This document shows positions 59,255 through 64,000 of a stretch of DNA of 64,000 nt, one piece after another; position 1 is the stretch's first letter, and each line of letters opens with the position of its first letter. The position numbers and the translations under genes are program-made. Under the pieces are notes generated by a model that saw nothing but the letters and a program-made list of their open reading frames with translations, was not told where the DNA came from and did not search any database. The stretch is from Eledone cirrhosa. Lineage: Eukaryota. Location: assembly GCA_964016885.1 (NCBI GenBank), contig OZ024750.1:43338001-43402000 (forward strand). The letters are read 5' to 3'.

Positions 59255-59859
59255 AAAGTAATACTCTTACGTCCATTGACTAAACAGTAAAAAAACATAT
59301 AGCGATACAGTTTGTCTGAAAAAATATTTTCTAATATTGACACAAGACCAACAATTTGGGGTAAAGGGAAAGTCGATTATATCGACTCCAGTATTTAACT
59401 GGTACTTATTTTATCAACCCCGGAATGATGAAAAGCAAAGTTGACCTCGATGGGATTTGAACCCCGAACATAGAAAGTCATAACTAAATACGGCTCTACT
59501 GATTCTGCCAAATCTGATGATGTCTTTGATTGTAGGTCAGCTAGATCAGGACTGACATGGAGTTAAAAATAAAAAAAAACTAGCAGCTTTAATAACTTCA
59601 GTAACTGTTAGAACATGGCTGTGAAATTGTAGAGAGTCGTTAGAACGTTGGATAGAATCATTTACGGTATTAGATCTGGATCTCAACGCTCTCTGAATTC
59701 AAATCTCTGCCAGATTTAACCCTTTGGCATTTAAACCAGCCATTTCTGGTCAGAATTCTCTTGATTCTTTCTGTTCAAACCGGCTGTAACTGGCCATTTA
59801 TACTGACTTTAAGGTAAGGTTTTCAAAACAAATTATACCAAAATCTCATAGATTCGATA

Positions 59860-60295
59860 TTATGTGAGATAATTATGTGAGATATTATGTGAGGTAAAGC
59901 CTTTACTGTTAAAAATACAGTAGTATATATAGAGTAATGTAAATGTTATGTGAGATATGTGAGGTAAAGCCTTTACTATGAAAATGTAATAGTATAGATA
60001 GAGTTATGTAAATGTTATGTGAGATATGTGAGGTAAAGCCTTTACTATGAAAATGTAATAGTATAGATAGAGTTATGTAAATGTTATGTGAGATATGTGA
60101 GGTAAAGCCTTTACTATGAAAATGTAATAGTATAGATAGAGTTATGTAAATGTTATGTGAGATATTATGTGAGGTAAAGCCTTTACTGTGAAAATACAAT
60201 AGTATATATAGAGTAATGTAAATGTTTTGTGAGATATTTTGTGAAGTAAAGCCTTTACCATGAAAATACAATAGTATATATAGAGTGATATAAAT
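59860..60295. repeat. 69-72-bp minisatellite
   Basis: Six units containing gtga(g/a)gtaaagcctttac. Confidence 0.9.
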
Positions 60296-61935
60296 GCAAG
60301 ACACGTCGTATATCACAATTAGAAAACTCTGAAGAAATTACATAACACAAGAATTATTTCAGTCATTAAAAAGTTTGCTGTGGAATTGGGTCGGTGACCA
60401 GGTCACCGAGAGTGTGACGAAAGGTTTGGCATTTAACAATTTTTGTGTTTTGTTAAATCGTTAAACTGACTTCTTGATGTAATTGCTTCAGTTTCAACAC
60501 AGATTTTCAAATCAAGTTAAGACATTACAAGATCAATTCTGACATATTTACCACGATGTCTTTACTCCTTCATTAAACATTTCTATAAATGTTCCTGTGG
60601 GGGACACAGGTGAAATACAATTACAAACTATCGTTGTATCCCAGATGAACCTTTCATCTCGATTGCTAACAGGATTAAATAAACAGAACTAACACCATAC
60701 AGTCAGAGATGAGATTCATTCCCAAATGTGTTACTTATTGAATTAGTTTAAATATCCGGGTTCTGTACCCGACAGATCTTGTCTCAAAGTTAATCACTTA
60801 GTTACTAATTTGCTCTCATCACTAGGGAGGTGAATTAGCAGAATCATTAGAGTATCAGAGAGAATGCCTTGCGGTATTTGTTTATCGTTTCAGTGGTCAC
60901 AGTTCGAATCCTAACTTTGCCATTCATCTCTTTCAGGTCGATAAATCATGTATCAGTCTGTATAATTACTGGGGTCAATTTCTACTCTGCCTTCTCTCTC
61001 GCTTCCCCCTCTCTCTCTGGAGCGTCTCCCTCTCTCTCTCTGGGGCTTCCCATCTCTTTCGCTCTTGAGGTCATCTTGGTTGATGTTTTATTTCACATTG
61101 ATGTTTATATCGCATCAAAATCTTGATGTGATAAAAATAAAAGGCAGGTCACTGTCTAGTTGCTCTACCTACCAACAATTGCAGCCAAATATGCCTAATA
61201 TTACCTTCCATTGCCTTAAATAATGTCGCCCTTGATAGCTCCAAAATCAGAAGGGTCATAACTGGAATGTCTGTGAATCCATGTTTGCCCAATCAATGTT
61301 GACCCGAGAGCCAGAATAAAAACAAAAACAAAACAGTAACACGTAAAAGGAGAGAATTCTAGCGGAGTTTCAATTCTGAAGAAATAAATAGCATGCAGTT
61401 CCTGCTTTCAATGAGATACAACATACCTGGGATGATGGGAAGAAAAGGAGGAAAGATAGGTGAGGGTGCGGGGCTATGACGGTGATACCTTGATTAACAT
61501 TTCAGAGAAGAACGTGGAAGGTTGAATTAATTTAGTATAATTAATGATTAAATTAAATAATTACTGGTTTGTTGCAGTCGGAGGGAAGAGATGAATGGAG
61601 GATGTTTAAAATGGCGTACACTTCTCGCGTGGACGAGAAAAGCGTATTGCCATTGGGTTTAGGAGAGATTAACGTGTGTTTAGTAAGGTTTAAAGAAGAT
61701 ATAACTCGTGGAATGAGAAACATCTCAGCAATGCATTCGATTATCGATTGTAAATTAGTGGATTTGATTAAAATAATAAATTACATTAAGTAAATGGAAT
61801 CATTGAATTGTGTATGAGAACTTCCTCACGAGTTTATCAATGCTTTGTAAAAGTCAATGGCCCCCAAATACGAGATCACAAGACCATTGCAATCACTTGG
61901 TGATCAATACAATCCAACAACTTAAAGTGGTTGCC

Positions 61936-62123
61936 TATTTATATGAGCATGCGCATTGAGCTATGAACAGGGGTCCTATCTTCGGATTCTATTATTTTGT
62001 CTGGCATTGCCTTTCACACCTTATCTACGACATGTCGTCCGAGTTCTTAAAGGTCCTCGCTTGTGTCAAATTTATGTGAGATCTCTCGATGTTTGTGACA
62101 TTGGAGAGTATATCCTGACGTCA
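61936..62123 (-). promoter_or_regulatory. Candidate Pol II promoter (TATA, NRF1-like, CRE)
   Basis: Minus-strand TATAAATA 61936-61943, TGCGCATGCTCA 61944-61955, TGACGTCA 62116-62123 in repeat-poor sequence. Confidence 0.25.
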
Positions 62124-64000
62124 CTTCTTAATGTTACTGGCACTTCCCTTAGTATATTTATACCTCCAAAGATGTTATTTCTTCAGAAGAATTATTTAAA
62201 TGATAAATACCCTTTCCAAAACTATAGATAATACCAAGATATTCATTGTTTGTGGTGTTATTTATATGTTAACTAGGAATGTGACCCAATTACTCCCGTT
62301 TAGGATCCTGTTGGTTTTTTTTATACAAGTTTTTTGTATATCTCCTTAGAATATTTGTTTTGGGTAGCAGATGTTGAAATACCTTATTAATATTCAAAAT
62401 CCTACATCCTTCATCAAAATTTCCAATTGCCCACCATTTTCTGTTCGGTTGTCCATCCCTCCCCACCTAACAGTTGAAATCACCCACCAGTGGGTGACAT
62501 CGCCAAAGTTGGGAAAGTTTAATATAAAGTATACTGTCTCTATAACACTTCTCTCTCCCCTCTCTTTCTCTCTCTCACACACACACAACATACACACACA
62601 CACACAACACACACATAATCTCTCTCTCAGGCACACTCACACACACTCCCCACCCCACACACTCCCCCTCTCTCTCTCACACACTCTCTTTCTCACGTGC
62701 ACACACACTCCCTCCCCCTATCTCTCACCCCCTCTCTCTCACACACTCCCCTCTCTCTCTGACACACACACACACTTCCGCTCCTCTCTCTTTCTCTCTC
62801 TCTCACACACACACACACCCGTCCTCTCTCTCTCCCTCTGCCATAAGGGTCTTTCCTTTCTCTCCAGTTTGCTATAGCCCTGTCCACCACACTGGCTTCT
62901 CTCCCTTTCCCACCTCCAGTAAATAATCAACTTAATTTCCTGTCAATAAGGGAGATAATAACTTTACTGGTGTCAAGAACATAATTTGAAAATTTGAAAT
63001 TAATTATTAACGTTTTGCAAGTACTTTATTCACAGCGATACAATTAATATAGTTAATAACATCAGTTAGTTGCATACCTTCCTTTATTTGATGTTGATGT
63101 TGAGGTTGTTGTTGTTGTGGTTGTTGTTGTGATTGTTGTTGTTGTTGGTGTTGTTGTTTTTGTGATTGTCGTTGTTGTCATTGTGGTTGTTGTTGTTGTG
63201 ATTGTTGGTTGTGTTGTGATTGTTGGTGTTGGTGTTCTTGTTGTTGTTGGTGGTGTTGTTGTTGTTGTGGTTGTTTTTGTGATTGTTCTTGTTGTCGTTG
63301 TGGTTGTTGTTGTTGTGGTTGTTGCTTGATGTCGGTTTATGTGCTTATTATTATCATTTTTCTTCTTCTTCTTCGTCTTCTTCTCGTAATCCCCATTCTG
63401 ATTATTTATTTATTTATTTATTTATTAAATATGAATTATTTATATTTTTAATTGCTTAATTATTATTATTATAATTATTGTTATTTTATTTTTGCCAATA
63501 AGAAATTTAGTCCCCTTGAAATTGTTAAGGCGTAAAATTAATTTATATTTCGTAGCGATGTTGTTGTTGTTGTTAGTGTTGGTGTTATTATTGGTGTTGT
63601 TAGTGTTGTTGTTGTTGGTATTGTCGTTGTTGTTGTCTTCGTTGCTGTCGTCGTTGTTGTTGTTGTTGCTGCCGTCATTGCTGTTGTTGTCAACATTGTT
63701 GTTGTTGTTGTTGTTGTTAGTGTTGGTTTTGTTATTGGTGTTGTTGTTGTTAGTGTTGTTGTTGTTAGTGTTGTTAGTGTTGTTGTTGGTATTGTTGTTG
63801 TTGTTGTCTTCGTTGCTGTCGTCGTTGTTGTTGCTGCCGTCATTGCTGTTGTTGTTGTTGTCAACATTGCTGTTGTTGAAGGCGTTGGTGGGGCTGCAAT
63901 GAACCGTTTGCATAAATCTTTGCAATTAACGTAACAAAAAACTCTACGGAATCTACCGCCACCCCCTCCCCAACTCACCCCCGCCCCCGATCCCCAACAC

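Overview
Eukaryotic, AT-rich, extremely microsatellite-dense DNA with no recognisable host protein-coding exon. The dominant tRNA-derived SINE and the repeat landscape resemble octopus/cephalopod genomes (recognition from memory, not a search result). Almost all listed ORFs are translations of simple repeats. The real coding traces are all retroelements: (i) an ~11.5-kb Penelope-like element (PLE) insertion forming a near-perfect ~5.3-kb-arm inverted repeat (15.2-26.8 kb), with an RT + GIY-YIG ORF, a ~4.5-kb microsatellite-filled 3' UTR and a terminal hammerhead ribozyme; (ii) a second PLE family fragment (7.6-9.1 kb); (iii) RTE LINE 3' fragments. The main hidden signal is a population of small (100-400 bp) non-coding fold-back elements, mostly inserted in (TA)n tracts. 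They belong to several sequence families; many carry type I hammerhead ribozyme folds (some with palindromic helix III, two with a non-canonical CCGUYGA core); most share a GAGT(G/A)C-like motif roughly 40-70 nt from the 3' end; and they have an asymmetric two-arm architecture like the giant PLE. A Helitron, MITEs, SINEs with target-site duplications and several minisatellites are also present. All RNA folds were paired by eye.
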